From positions 48,632-112,631 of IMG/VR virus record IMGVR_UViG_3300045988_116681: a DNA stretch of 64,000 bases, one strand, 5' to 3'. Below, in pieces: positions 41,333 to 50,749 of this stretch. The DNA comes from a virus. The notes below the pieces were generated by a model. The model did no database searches. It had not been told where the DNA came from and saw only the letters and a program-made list of their open reading frames with translations. Every line of letters starts with the position of its first letter. The stretch's first letter is position 1. The position numbers were made by a program, and so were the translations under genes.

Positions 41333-42856
41333 TCACTTTAACTTAGGTTTTGGAATTGATACAAATTTATTGTAAGAATCGCATACAAAAAAATCAGTAT
41401 TACGCATAGTACCCATGTCAAAATAATGGAATATTTTGAGTTTACGGTCTTGATATTCGCCAAATCGTGACTTGTGAATATATGTAATACGGTTAGGAAC
41501 AAGCGTGTTATTTAGCCCCTTTTCTCTTTGGTGCTTAATAAACGGCTCTACCAGCTTCATTTCTTTCGGTCTGTCTTTAGCGGCTAATACAACACAGCCA
41601 AAGTCAACCTTGGTTCGTGAAGCCTTAGAGGAAGAAATACAGCTTTCGTCAGGGAAGTCTAATTGCTTCTCATTACCGTTGGTCTGCGTCATTGTAAGCA
41701 AGCCAACATTATACTTCTCTGCATATGCTTTAAGGTCTGTTGCCAGTCCTCTTAAAGCCATATCTTCACGCGCTTGTACGCCTGTATTGGCACGATACTC
41801 CATAGACAATGCGCTGTTAAGCATCATATAGTCGAAACAGCCGTACACTGCGCCATAGCCTTCTACACATTCCTTAATCTTACGGTCGATATTAGCTGAA
41901 GTAAAATCAGGCATATCAATCAATCTAAGGTTGCAGTTCTTAATAATCTCTGCGGCTTTGATAACTCGCTTGCGTTCTTCGTCAGTACAGTTACCCATAG
42001 TAATTGTATTTGATGGCACATTGGCTATGCAAGCAAGAAACATAGGTTGCATCTCTGTACGCTGTGCCAACTCAGTATGGATAAAGAATCCTGCGCCTTG
42101 ATAATTGGGATTGGGGATAAAATCTTGCGCTTCATCGTCCCAATATTGGTCTACACAAAGACCACAAATATCAGCTACAGCCATACGAGTTTTACCCACG
42201 GAACTCGGGCAAGACCGCATAAACAAGTGTCCACGGTTAAATCCATGCGCTAATTCTGTTTGATAAGGTGAATACAAGAACGCGCCATAAGACGGCTTCT
42301 CGTCAAATTCAGCAAGCAATCCTTCAATATCTTCGCCTACCGTCATTTCTTCACGCACATACTTACTATCGTACTTTGTTCTTAGGCTGTTCGCCTTATA
42401 CTCAACAGCATTAAGAATCTGCTCAATAGTCAGCTTTTCCAGCTTTGCGCGTTCATCGGATTCATTGCCAAGCGTATCATAAAATTCTTTAATATCCACA
42501 CCTTGCTCGTCAAGTTCTCTTAACAGAGCAAACTTGCGGATAACAGAATAATAATATTCGTAGTTATCTGGGTTCGCCAATTCCTTTACTGTGTAAATAA
42601 AGTCAAGGTAATTGTTATCTCGGCAAACTTCCATTTGTGGAACATGATTCTGAAGCACAGATTCAATTTCAACTTCTGTAACTTCGCCTACACCACTTCT
42701 TGCCAGCTTTGCAATACATACAAAGATAACTTGATGAAAGTTTGAAGGAGCAAATGTGGCTTTATCCAATGGATATTCTGGTAATGATAGCAACTGTGGT
42801 CGTTTCATTAAACTGCCAAGCATCAGTGATGCAAGGTTTACATCATAAAGTTCCAT
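41333..42856 (-). CDS. DnaB-like replicative helicase
   Basis: DnaB-type N-terminal domain (ELYDVNLASLMLGSLM) and a RecA-like core (SCPSSVGKTRMAV). Confidence 0.75.
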   Translation of the reverse strand: MELYDVNLASLMLGSLMKRPQLLSLPEYPLDKATFAPSNFHQVIFVCIAKLARSGVGEVTEVEIESVLQNHVPQMEVCRDNNYLDFIYTVKELANPDNYEYYYSVIRKFALLRELDEQGVDIKEFYDTLGNESDERAKLEKLTIEQILNAVEYKANSLRTKYDSKYVREEMTVGEDIEGLLAEFDEKPSYGAFLYSPYQTELAHGFNRGHLFMRSCPSSVGKTRMAVADICGLCVDQYWDDEAQDFIPNPNYQGAGFFIHTELAQRTEMQPMFLACIANVPSNTITMGNCTDEERKRVIKAAEIIKNCNLRLIDMPDFTSANIDRKIKECVEGYGAVYGCFDYMMLNSALSMEYRANTGVQAREDMALRGLATDLKAYAEKYNVGLLTMTQTNGNEKQLDFPDESCISSSKASRTKVDFGCVVLAAKDRPKEMKLVEPFIKHQREKGLNNTLVPNRITYIHKSRFGEYQDRKLKIFHYFDMGTMRNTDFFVCDSYNKFVSIPKPKLK

Positions 42857-42944
42857 CGGAATCAACCCCAATCTGCTTTGTCATTTACTGCTATCAAAAA
42901 AGCAATAGCAATGATTAAAATAAACCATTTTGCCATTTCTGTCA

Positions 42945-43514
42945 TTAAAAATCAACTGCCTTCACATTGTAGTTAGTTCGGTTTCCATCTCGCTCGATTT
43001 CTACAGTTTCTTCTTCGGGTAGAACAAACGTCTTATTTGCCTTTAGCTTTTCCATGAACTGATAAAACGGCTCAATATATCGAGGAAAAAACTGTGTTAA
43101 GCTAATCTTCGGGTCGAACTGGTGATTATCATACATCAGTGCATATACTATTATACCACGAAGCTGAGAATAGTCAAGACCAAATTTCTCCATATAGTTG
43201 CTGGCTTGGCGTTGCCACAATGGGAAGTTACGGCAATCTTCTGGATATGTTACGTTAAGCAAATCCAAGAACTTGCGATATTCGCCATCACCATTATCTC
43301 GCATATCTTTTTGGCGTTGCTTTTCTTCACGCTTTTGTCGTGCTTTTCCTTCACGCGCTCTTGCTTTGGTTTCGTCTTGAATTTGACGTTCTTCTGCCTT
43401 GGCAAGTAAGTATGCGTCATAGCAATCTTGACTGCAAAAATGGTTCGTTTTATAACGCTTACCATTATATCGCTGACCTCTGGGGATGTCTGCCCCACAT
43501 ACGTCACAAGTCAT
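42945..43514 (-). CDS. hypothetical zinc-finger protein
   Basis: ATG at 43514 follows GGAGGTGA. Contains CDVCG..HFCSQDC. Confidence 0.55.
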   Translation of the reverse strand: MTCDVCGADIPRGQRYNGKRYKTNHFCSQDCYDAYLLAKAEERQIQDETKARAREGKARQKREEKQRQKDMRDNGDGEYRKFLDLLNVTYPEDCRNFPLWQRQASNYMEKFGLDYSQLRGIIVYALMYDNHQFDPKISLTQFFPRYIEPFYQFMEKLKANKTFVLPEEETVEIERDGNRTNYNVKAVDF

Positions 43515-43562
43515 TTGTTCACCTCCAATACAAAGACCGCAGTTATTTCTAACCACGGTCTA

Positions 43563-43591
43563 ATTGTATCACATATTTATTGGTTTGTCAA
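43563..43591 (-). promoter_or_regulatory. sigma-A-type promoter
   Basis: TTGACA-17-TACAAT. Confidence 0.7.
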
Positions 43592-43600
43592 GAAAAATTT

Positions 43601-44629
43601 TTAATCTTCTACAACAATTCCTCGGTCACAACAGAAAGATGTGAAATCAGAATAGATGTTCGCCAGTTCTTGAATCTCATCATCAGTAGCGGTAGATACC
43701 TTACGACCTTCGCCCAGATTATCGGCTACAACCTGCTGAACATAATCAGGATATAGCTTGTGTAGCTTGATAAAATATGGCTGAATCATAGAGATATAAT
43801 CTTCCTTGGTGAAGTTGAAGTCTACATTCTTGTAATCTACCAGACCAGCGCCTTCGTTCTCTGCTTCCTTCTTGATAGCGGTTTCAATCGCTTCAATTAG
43901 ATTTTCCGCAGTGAACTTTTCAATATAAGTCTGCATCTGCGTAAAGCGAGAACGTGCAAATACTGTGTGCGTTTCCTTACAGATTGCCTTAGAGTAAATG
44001 GTCTTTTGCGTTTCTGGGTCAACACCCATTGGCACAGTAGTCACAACAAAGTCACACAAATTGATAACAAAACGTGTACTGCCCTTTTCCTTAGAATAGT
44101 TATAAGGATAAGTCTTAGTATACTTTTCGCCAGTAAAGGGGTCGGTAACTTCCACCTGCTCAACGTGAGTAATGAAAATAACCGTTAGACCAATAGAAGT
44201 CAGTAGGTTAATCTGTTGCTTAAACATTGCACGAGCGACAGAATAACCATTTGGGTTGTTCTTTGGGTCGGCAGACTGTACCATACCAACCTCGGTAACG
44301 CCAAAACGTCTTGCTACGGCTTCTTCAGCGCGTGCTACAAGTTCTTCAGTGGTGTCAATGATAATAGTCTGGTAAACTTCCAGTGTCTTAGCTGGGTCTG
44401 CTACCAGTTGCTTGACAATAGTGGTAAACGTCTGCCAATCTGGAACAGGGAACTTCGGCACAGGACGAGCCGCACCGCCTGATTCAGCCATTAGTAGCAG
44501 TGGCTTTGGGAAACGTGTTGCTTGGAACGTCTTACCGCCATCGCTACTACCTGCAATAGTAATCTTAACACCAGCAAGAGAAGAAACCATGCTCTTCTCT
44601 TGTGGCGCGAAAATGTCAATCTTAGCCAT
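43601..44629 (-). CDS. Sak4-like AAA_24 ATPase (recombination mediator)
   Basis: IAGSSDGGKT (Walker A) and IIIDTTEE (Walker B), positioned next to an SSB-like gene. Confidence 0.6.
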   Translation of the reverse strand: MAKIDIFAPQEKSMVSSLAGVKITIAGSSDGGKTFQATRFPKPLLLMAESGGAARPVPKFPVPDWQTFTTIVKQLVADPAKTLEVYQTIIIDTTEELVARAEEAVARRFGVTEVGMVQSADPKNNPNGYSVARAMFKQQINLLTSIGLTVIFITHVEQVEVTDPFTGEKYTKTYPYNYSKEKGSTRFVINLCDFVVTTVPMGVDPETQKTIYSKAICKETHTVFARSRFTQMQTYIEKFTAENLIEAIETAIKKEAENEGAGLVDYKNVDFNFTKEDYISMIQPYFIKLHKLYPDYVQQVVADNLGEGRKVSTATDDEIQELANIYSDFTSFCCDRGIVVED

Positions 44630-44646
44630 TGGATTTCACCCCTTGA

Positions 44647-45762
44647 TTAAAAGTCAATGTTGTCAATATCGTATGGGTCGCCATCTGGTACTGGGTCAGC
44701 AATCGGCTTCTTCTTCTGAGCGGACGCAGTTGCCTTTGCCTTGGCACGAGCCTTGTTACTGTTGAATGCAGAGTTACCAGAGGTAGGTGCGCTATTCTGC
44801 TGTGGCTTACCCTTAATTGCTTCAGCTTCAAGTGCTTCAACCTTTTCCTTACGAACCTTTAGAGCCGCCTTAATGGTTTCTGGGTCAAGCCACATGGTAT
44901 CAATAGCGACTTCATTGCCCTCTTCATCAGTATAGGTCTTTTCTTCTGGTTCTTCGACCTGCATTGGGTCAATCTCACGCAGAACCATAATGCTACGATA
45001 CATAGAGTTATTGTTCTCGGACGGGTCATCGCCAGTACGAGCCTTCTTACCAATAACACGACCCTTAGTAGGCTTCTTAACTTCGACCTGCTGACCCATA
45101 GCATTAACAAGTTCCATCTTTAGATTAGAACGAGTCTGCGCTGGCTCAAAAGCATCAAAATCGCTGTCGCCTTCAAGGATAAGTTCACCAGCGTCTTCAT
45201 CGGTGGTAATCTCAATCGGGAATACTTCACCATTGTAGGTAACGCCAAGCATCTTAATCAGTGCACGACCAGTTTCTTCATCGTTTACAATCTCAGGAGC
45301 AACCTTAGTTACAAAACCGTTCTTTAGATTGATATTGAAGAAATCTTCTACATCGTCTGGTACGTTAGTAGATGCAGAACGAATGCTGTAACGCAGAGAA
45401 TAACCTGCCTTCTTTTCCTTGTAAGAAGGATAATCGTTCGGCTGAATCTCGCCCTTAATACGGACACGAGTAGCAGGAATGTTGGAATTGCCGTTAATCA
45501 TCGGATTCCACTCAAGCATAGACTGTGCCATGCTCCACTGACGCGCTTCACCACCATCGTAACCAACAGAAGGGAAGTATGCGCGAAGGGTGGTAATCAG
45601 ATTATTGGTCTTAATTGCTACAGTGCCACGGACTACCTGACATGGTACGGTTTCCTGACCGTGGTTAATCTTCTGCTGACCATCGACCAGTTCAAGTTTT
45701 AACTCGCTTACAGTTCCCACACAAGCAAATACAAAATCGGTCTTATTTAGTGTCGTTTCCAT
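44647..45762 (-). CDS. putative ssDNA-binding protein
   Basis: Acidic C-terminal tip ..DPYDIDNIDF resembles SSB tails, preceded by a low-complexity linker. The gene context is replication. Confidence 0.45.
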   Translation of the reverse strand: METTLNKTDFVFACVGTVSELKLELVDGQQKINHGQETVPCQVVRGTVAIKTNNLITTLRAYFPSVGYDGGEARQWSMAQSMLEWNPMINGNSNIPATRVRIKGEIQPNDYPSYKEKKAGYSLRYSIRSASTNVPDDVEDFFNINLKNGFVTKVAPEIVNDEETGRALIKMLGVTYNGEVFPIEITTDEDAGELILEGDSDFDAFEPAQTRSNLKMELVNAMGQQVEVKKPTKGRVIGKKARTGDDPSENNNSMYRSIMVLREIDPMQVEEPEEKTYTDEEGNEVAIDTMWLDPETIKAALKVRKEKVEALEAEAIKGKPQQNSAPTSGNSAFNSNKARAKAKATASAQKKKPIADPVPDGDPYDIDNIDF

Positions 45763-45819
45763 AAATAAATCTCCTTATTAAATAAATGAAAATAAATATT
45801 ATAAGCGGGTTAAACCCGA

Positions 45820-46071
45820 TTATTTCTTGTTTGCGATAATATCTTCAATAGAATCCATCGCTTCAAGCGTCTTGCTATCCATGCTTAGCTTCTTCTGAAT
45901 ACGTTCAGCTTCAACGTTGAAATACTCAATAGCGTCCTTCTTATTCATCTTGTTGGCGATGCGCTTAGAAGCAATCATCGCCGCACAATAGCCAATAAGA
46001 ATACCAATGTTACGGTGTTCGGTGAAACGCTTGGTCAGTTCTTCCTTTAGTACGGTCTGAAAATCGTCCAT
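45820..46071 (-). CDS. hypothetical protein
   Basis: 83-aa ORF. Confidence 0.5.
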   Translation of the reverse strand: MDDFQTVLKEELTKRFTEHRNIGILIGYCAAMIASKRIANKMNKKDAIEYFNVEAERIQKKLSMDSKTLEAMDSIEDIIANKK

Positions 46072-46568
46072 TACTGCACCTTCTTTAGACCCTTTCGGTC
46101 AATAAGAAAATACTTCTTGTTCTGTTCATTAACAATTAGATAGACTTCCTTAGTCTGTTCAAAAACAGCGGAATCAACAACACGAAATGTGCCAGAATCA
46201 TAATTTGACAGTCTCCTGCCCCAGTCAAGAAGAATATCATTTGCCAACTTTGTATTACCTAAGTCGCGCTGTGCATTGGCAAACGTAACAATCCAATCAC
46301 AAGCCGTTGGGTAACACCAACCGTGGTCTGCTACTGTTACCTCATCAGTAACCAGAATTTCATCCTTATGCTCAAGATAATTGTTCAGTACCCAACCAGC
46401 GTCAAACTTATCGTCTGGATGGCACTTGTAACTCTTAGTCTTATCGCGGTTTTTCCCATAGAAATGCACTGCATCTTCAAAACCAACAGGAGTGATAGCG
46501 GTTTCATTGCCGTTAATCATCACCATGTAAGTGCCTTCAATTTCACAAGGTGCTTTGTTCTTGTCCAT
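46071..46568 (-). CDS. hypothetical protein
   Basis: ATG at 46568 follows GGAGGT. The track ORF extends up to 46682. Confidence 0.55.
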   Translation of the reverse strand: MDKNKAPCEIEGTYMVMINGNETAITPVGFEDAVHFYGKNRDKTKSYKCHPDDKFDAGWVLNNYLEHKDEILVTDEVTVADHGWCYPTACDWIVTFANAQRDLGNTKLANDILLDWGRRLSNYDSGTFRVVDSAVFEQTKEVYLIVNEQNKKYFLIDRKGLKKVQ

Positions 46569-46681
46569 TGTTTTTACCTCCGTTTTGTTGTTTGTGTTAT
46601 TTTTGCGTGGATAAACTCTAAGCAACGTATCGTCACACCATGATTCACACCATTCTTCGTAAAGTTTCATCCATTCTTTCA

Positions 46682-47518
46682 TTAGAACACCAGTCCCTTC
46701 ATAGCTTCGTTAATCTGAGCCTGTTCATGCTTAATGTAACGAGTGGTAGTAGCGATAGAATTATGCCCCAACATTGCACTAATAGTTGCTACACCTACGC
46801 CATTAGCATTAGCAATAGTAGCCGCTCCCGCTCTAAGCGCATGATTAGTAATTTCATTCCAGAACGGAATGCCAGCACGCTTTGCAGTCAACTTCAGCAT
46901 CTTGTTAAGATTGCTATTATCAAGATGTTCACCACGTTCAGAAGTGAACAAATACTCACCATCTGCACGCTCAAACTTGATGTAGTTATCAATGCTTTCC
47001 TTTGCCTGTTCATTGACATAAATCGTGCGTTCCTTCGCGCCCTTGCCGAGAATAACAATCTGATTATCAATCATGTTATTGTAGTCCTCAAAAGTGATGG
47101 AAGTTAACTCGCTGAAACGAAGTCCAGTAGAGCAATACAGAGCAATAACTGCAATATCTCTGAACTTTTTGCAGTTGTGAAGCATCTTGCGTACATCTTC
47201 TGCGGAGATATAATGCTTTTCCTTGTTCTTAATCTTAGGAGAAGTAAGGTCAAGAGCAGGATTCTCATTGATAACCTTGGCAGAAGTCAGAAACTTGAAG
47301 TAATTCCTAACTGCACTAATCTGGATGTTCATGGATGCGGTAGACAGATTGCTGATAGACGCTTTCCACGCGGTCAAGTCGAGGAAAGAAATTTCTTCGA
47401 CAGGCTTATTAACGAATGCCAGCATCTTATCTACATAAAGCAAATAGTTCTTGATGGTGTTTTCGGACTTCTTATCTGCTACCAGAGAAGCCTTGTAATA
47501 CTCGTTAATGTTAGTCAT
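46682..47518 (-). CDS. tyrosine recombinase (phage integrase / XerC-D family)
   Basis: ..TGLRFSEL.., HALRAGAAT, LGHNSIATTTRYIK (R..H.R..Y). ATG at 47518 follows AAGGAGAG. Confidence 0.85.
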   Translation of the reverse strand: MTNINEYYKASLVADKKSENTIKNYLLYVDKMLAFVNKPVEEISFLDLTAWKASISNLSTASMNIQISAVRNYFKFLTSAKVINENPALDLTSPKIKNKEKHYISAEDVRKMLHNCKKFRDIAVIALYCSTGLRFSELTSITFEDYNNMIDNQIVILGKGAKERTIYVNEQAKESIDNYIKFERADGEYLFTSERGEHLDNSNLNKMLKLTAKRAGIPFWNEITNHALRAGAATIANANGVGVATISAMLGHNSIATTTRYIKHEQAQINEAMKGLVF

Positions 47519-47549
47519 TGAAATCTCTCCTTCGTTTCTTGATGTGCTT

Positions 47550-47578
47550 ATTGTAACATGGCACAAGCCAAAAGTCAA
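47550..47578 (-). promoter_or_regulatory. sigma-A-type promoter
   Basis: TTGACT-17-TACAAT. Confidence 0.65.
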
Positions 47579-47584
47579 TAGGTT

Positions 47585-47638
47585 TTTTCAAAAAATCAGA
47601 AAAGAATTTCCCACCCTCGGCAGGTATGAGGGTGGGAA
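47585..47638 (-). terminator. intrinsic terminator / right-end hairpin of the IscB element
   Basis: TTCCCACCCTC-atacctgcc-GAGGGTGGGAA followed by a T-rich run on the minus strand. Confidence 0.6.
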
Positions 47639-47652
47639 TTAAAATGGAGGTT

Positions 47653-48912
47653 TTACATTTTTATTGTTTGAATCATTTGCGTAGTTCTTGCTGTAATTCT
47701 TTTACATCTTTGGAGTTTTGGTGTTTTATATCCTCTTGGCAAATAAGAAAAATTAAGACGGTTTCCTTCAAAATCCATTAAAACGACTTGCCCTTGTATA
47801 CCTCTACCTTTAATATAACATTCTACTCCAAAATATCTGACTTTATCAAATTTTCTGAACCCGTTAATTTTTGTTGTGGTTATACGCCTTTCAGACCGAA
47901 CACCTTTTGTTTGCTGAAAGTCGCCTTCGGGAACACATTTCTTTTTATAAAGATTGGTATTTATTGTAAAATTTTTACCTTGTGTCGCTATTACGCAAGC
48001 ATCATAATAATGTTCTTTATCCACTTTTAATTGCAAACGATTAAACTTAGTAATATATCCATAAGTCTCTATTGCTTGCGGATATAATCTAAAAAGCTGT
48101 GTTCGTATACTATTCATTTGAGTGGCAAATTTGAGAACACCTTTCGCTTTTCCTTCTTGCTTGAGAATTATTTTCCCATTGTGTAATTTTTTATGACAAG
48201 TATGACAGAGAGTTATCAGATTGTTTTCTTCGTCAGACCCACCTTGGCTACGAAAAATTATATGATGAACTTCCAATCTTTTATCTTTATGTTTATTTTT
48301 ACAATATTGACAAGTATAGTTATCACGATTAAGCACCTTTGCTTTTGTGTTTTCAAACCCATAATTGACTCCTTTTTGATACCCCCAATGTCGAATTTCA
48401 GCGTTAGCAAGCAAAGGGTTTTTCAACAAATGAGTATCAAATTGGCTTGTTTCAAATACTATTTCAGAAATAGGCAAAATACTTTTAATAAATTCTATTT
48501 CTTTCACATGACTATACAATTTACTTACCATTGTTGGGCTAAACCGATTTTTTCTAAAAGAGTTAGCACGATTTAACCATCTTGGTTTTCTATAACGAGT
48601 TTTACGACTTCTTCTGTTTCTACGATAAGAAGCTCTACGAGTCATTTTATTAGTAATATTATTTCTTACTATTACTTCTGACATATATACTATCTTTCCC
48701 TTATCCGTAGCCACAGCCGTACCAAAAGTTCCGCTTCCAGTATCAACACCCAAAGTCAATTTTTGAATATAATTTGTAGAATCGTTAAGCAGTTTAATCG
48801 TAAAAGGTTCACGCCTTTTTACTTTTGCTTTACCTTGTTTAAGTAATAATCTTGCAATTACATTTGTGCAAGGCATTAAGGGCTTGTTGTTTTTAGAAAC
48901 TACATAAACCAT
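47653..48912 (-). CDS. iscB: IscB RNA-guided nuclease (PLMP, split RuvC, HNH)
   Basis: KPLMPC (PLMP), LGVDTGSGTFG (RuvC-I), Arg-rich bridge helix RRASYRRNRRSRKTRYRKPRW, EIVFETSQFD (RuvC-II), CQYC..HHIIFRSQGGSDEENNLITLCHTCH (HNH), HYYDACVIA (RuvC-III). Confidence 0.9.
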   Translation of the reverse strand: MVYVVSKNNKPLMPCTNVIARLLLKQGKAKVKRREPFTIKLLNDSTNYIQKLTLGVDTGSGTFGTAVATDKGKIVYMSEVIVRNNITNKMTRRASYRRNRRSRKTRYRKPRWLNRANSFRKNRFSPTMVSKLYSHVKEIEFIKSILPISEIVFETSQFDTHLLKNPLLANAEIRHWGYQKGVNYGFENTKAKVLNRDNYTCQYCKNKHKDKRLEVHHIIFRSQGGSDEENNLITLCHTCHKKLHNGKIILKQEGKAKGVLKFATQMNSIRTQLFRLYPQAIETYGYITKFNRLQLKVDKEHYYDACVIATQGKNFTINTNLYKKKCVPEGDFQQTKGVRSERRITTTKINGFRKFDKVRYFGVECYIKGRGIQGQVVLMDFEGNRLNFSYLPRGYKTPKLQRCKRITARTTQMIQTIKM

Positions 48913-49169
48913 GATAAGTCTCCTTATAAATACTCTGTCTTATGACAGGTGATGCGTACTTTGTCTCACTATTACCATGAGATTGTTCCGACTTCAACTC
49001 GACAATGATATAAAGGCTTTTAAGTATATATCACAAGGCTATGCTTACTCTGACCTAACTTAAATATATACGATAGAGCGATGGTCTGTTGCGTCAACCA
49101 AAGGTATCATGACCTAAATATCGTAGCTATTATTTCTAATAACTAAGTCTGGCAGACTGTTTAACAGAA
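48913..49169 (-). ncRNA. candidate omegaRNA of IscB
   Basis: A structured non-coding stretch lying directly upstream of iscB, the position where omegaRNAs are encoded. I cannot confirm the fold by eye. Confidence 0.45.
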
Positions 49170-49254
49170 GCCCACCACTCTTAATTGAGAGGTGGGCGGT
49201 CTGCGGAGGTGAAAACCATGAAAAGCAAACGCCTTTCTTATGGCACGATATGGG

Positions 49255-49329
49255 TGGAGCGCTATGGCGTAATCGAAACGCCATCTTCAGTTTGGAAAAC
49301 TGAGGTTCTTACCATTAAACTAATAGCGC
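49255..49329 (-). tRNA. tRNA-Gly(UCC)
   Basis: Manual fold: acceptor GCGCTAT/ATAGCGC, anticodon arm TCAGT-ttTCCaa-ACTGA, T arm GGCGT-ttcgatt-ACGCC, discriminator U, encoded CCA. Confidence 0.8.
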
Positions 49330-49445
49330 AAATCGCCCCGCGACCTAAAGGTACATCATGCGCGCTTGACTTGTTTTCCACTGGGAATCGCAGTACAGTC
49401 ATGGGCTAAACCGCAATAAGCGTGAACTTAACAAACGGGGAACAC

Positions 49446-49519
49446 TGGTGGGAACGGAAAGAATCGAACTTTCAATTTCTGAGTCAAAGTCAGAAGTTAT
49501 ACCATTTAACTACGCTCCT
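49446..49519 (-). tRNA. tRNA-Gln(UUG)
   Basis: Anticodon arm TCTGA-ctTTGac-TCAGA, T arm GAAAG-ttcgatt-CTTTC, 1:72 mismatch, encoded CCA. Confidence 0.75.
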
Positions 49520-49675
49520 ATATTTCTCCTACGATGACGGGTCGCAGGAGAGAAATTAAATTGTATGCCGACACGTTTGAGCGTGTCTATTAAATTGTTT
49601 GTCTGCCGTACCAGACGATGTGTGTGAGTGGAGTTTTTGCTCACGGACATAAAATTTACCTTGTACGGAAGGCAT

Positions 49676-49751
49676 TGGTCTACCATCGCAGGCTCGAACT
49701 GCGGACTTCTTGATTAAAAGTCAAGTGCTCTACCAACTGAGCTAATGGTAG
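49676..49751 (-). tRNA. tRNA-Lys(UUU)
   Basis: Acceptor CTACCAT/ATGGTAG, D arm GCTC..GAGC, anticodon arm CTTGA-ctTTTaa-TCAAG, T arm CGCAG-ttcgagc-CTGCG, encoded CCA. Confidence 0.85.
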
Positions 49752-49778
49752 ATTTGATTGGGGCATATGCCCCATCAT

Positions 49779-49883
49779 TTATCGCAGATTGTAACGGTCT
49801 ACACCGCGCATATTCTTCTGCATCTCAAGGTTTGCTTCATACAAACCTCTGAAAAAATGCTTGATATTGTTCTTAACGCCCAT
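49779..49883 (-). CDS. small ORF (34 aa) at the head of the tRNA operon
   Basis: AAAGGAAGTGA SD. It translates to MGVKNNIKHFFRGLYEANLEMQKNMRGVDRYNLR*, followed by the hairpin GGGGCATATGCCCC. Confidence 0.35.
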   Translation of the reverse strand: MGVKNNIKHFFRGLYEANLEMQKNMRGVDRYNLR

Positions 49884-49913
49884 TGGTTTCACTTCCTTTC
49901 TGATTACTTTAGT

Positions 49914-49942
49914 ATTATATCACATAACAACTAAGTTGTCAA
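49914..49942 (-). promoter_or_regulatory. sigma-A-type promoter (tRNA operon)
   Basis: TTGACA-17-TATAAT. Confidence 0.7.
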
Positions 49943-50549
49943 GTGCTTTTTTAACTTTATTTTTCATTTCTTCTCGCTCTTTCTTGGAGTCATATCTCAT
50001 ACGACAATAAGGGCGAGTGCCTTCTCTGTAGTGTTTCTGCAAAATTCGTATTTGCTTATTTACCATTTCTTTAGAAACATCTAACTTATCAGCCACTTCT
50101 TGACACGTTTTACATTCTGTCAGCTTTGCGTATATGACTTTAAGCATAGCAGTTGAAGCGTACTCAATAAACCAATAAGCCCAATCTTTGCCAACGATAT
50201 ATTCTTCATTCTTTGCGCCACTGTCAATAACAGCTTCAAGCGGTACATCTTCATTATAGACGGTTTTAACTTCGCTGTTCAATGAAATAACACGACTGTC
50301 ATTGCGCTTCTTTGCTGATTGAGTTCGTTTTGCTTTTTTTACTTCATTGTGCATACAGTAATAAGCAAATGTACTAAAGCGGTTACTGCCATCATAAGCC
50401 ATACCAGCCTTGCACAAACCAATAGCACAAACATCATACCATGTGCTGAAGTCAAGTTTATACTTTGTCAAGAAGCCGTAGATTAAATCGTGATTATCTT
50501 CGACTAATTTCTTCTGCTCAGTATTTAATTTGATAATTGGCTTGCTCAT
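49920..50549 (-). CDS. phage-encoded sigma-70-family sigma factor
   Basis: Region 2-like LVEDNHDLIYGFL..FSTFAYYCMHNEV and a region 4 HTH, CQEVADKLDVSKEMVNKQI. ATG at 50549 lies below the tRNA gene. Confidence 0.75.
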   Translation of the reverse strand: MSKPIIKLNTEQKKLVEDNHDLIYGFLTKYKLDFSTWYDVCAIGLCKAGMAYDGSNRFSTFAYYCMHNEVKKAKRTQSAKKRNDSRVISLNSEVKTVYNEDVPLEAVIDSGAKNEEYIVGKDWAYWFIEYASTAMLKVIYAKLTECKTCQEVADKLDVSKEMVNKQIRILQKHYREGTRPYCRMRYDSKKEREEMKNKVKKALDNLVVM

Positions 50550-50577
50550 AACAGTTGTTTCCTTTAGTTTGAAATAA

Positions 50578-50652
50578 TGGAGCGCCACATCAGAATCGAA
50601 CTGACGTTTCCAGTTTGGGAAACTGGTGTACTAACCACTGTACGAGTGGCGC
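50578..50652 (-). tRNA. tRNA-Gly(CCC)
   Basis: Acceptor GCGCCAC/GTGGCGC, anticodon arm CCAGT-ttCCCaa-ACTGG, T arm GTCAG-ttcgatt-CTGAT, discriminator U, encoded CCA. Confidence 0.8.
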
Positions 50653-50657
50653 ATATG

Positions 50658-50723
50658 ATAACAGGGAATGAGTTAGAAAGAAGGTATGTCAAAAGAAGGA
50701 GAAAAAATCTCATTCCCTGTTAT
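50658..50723. repeat. perfect 15-bp inverted repeat with a 36-nt loop, abutting the 5' end of the tRNA
   Basis: ATAACAGGGAATGAG...CTCATTCCCTGTTAT. Confidence 0.8.
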
Positions 50724-50749
50724 TTACTTATGTTTATTATGCTTAGAAG

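Larger units (their letters stand above)
47608..49197 (-). mobile_element. IscB-omegaRNA element (IS200/IS605-related, no TnpA) bounded by similar hairpins
   Basis: Both boundary hairpins share the core CCCACC.CTC...GAG.GGTGGG (47608-47638 and 49170-49197). They enclose iscB plus about 260 nt of upstream non-coding sequence. Confidence 0.6.

Noticed and set aside
49185-49409. Plus-strand ORF of 74 aa
   Set aside because: It lies antisense to tRNA-Gly(UCC) and its flanks.
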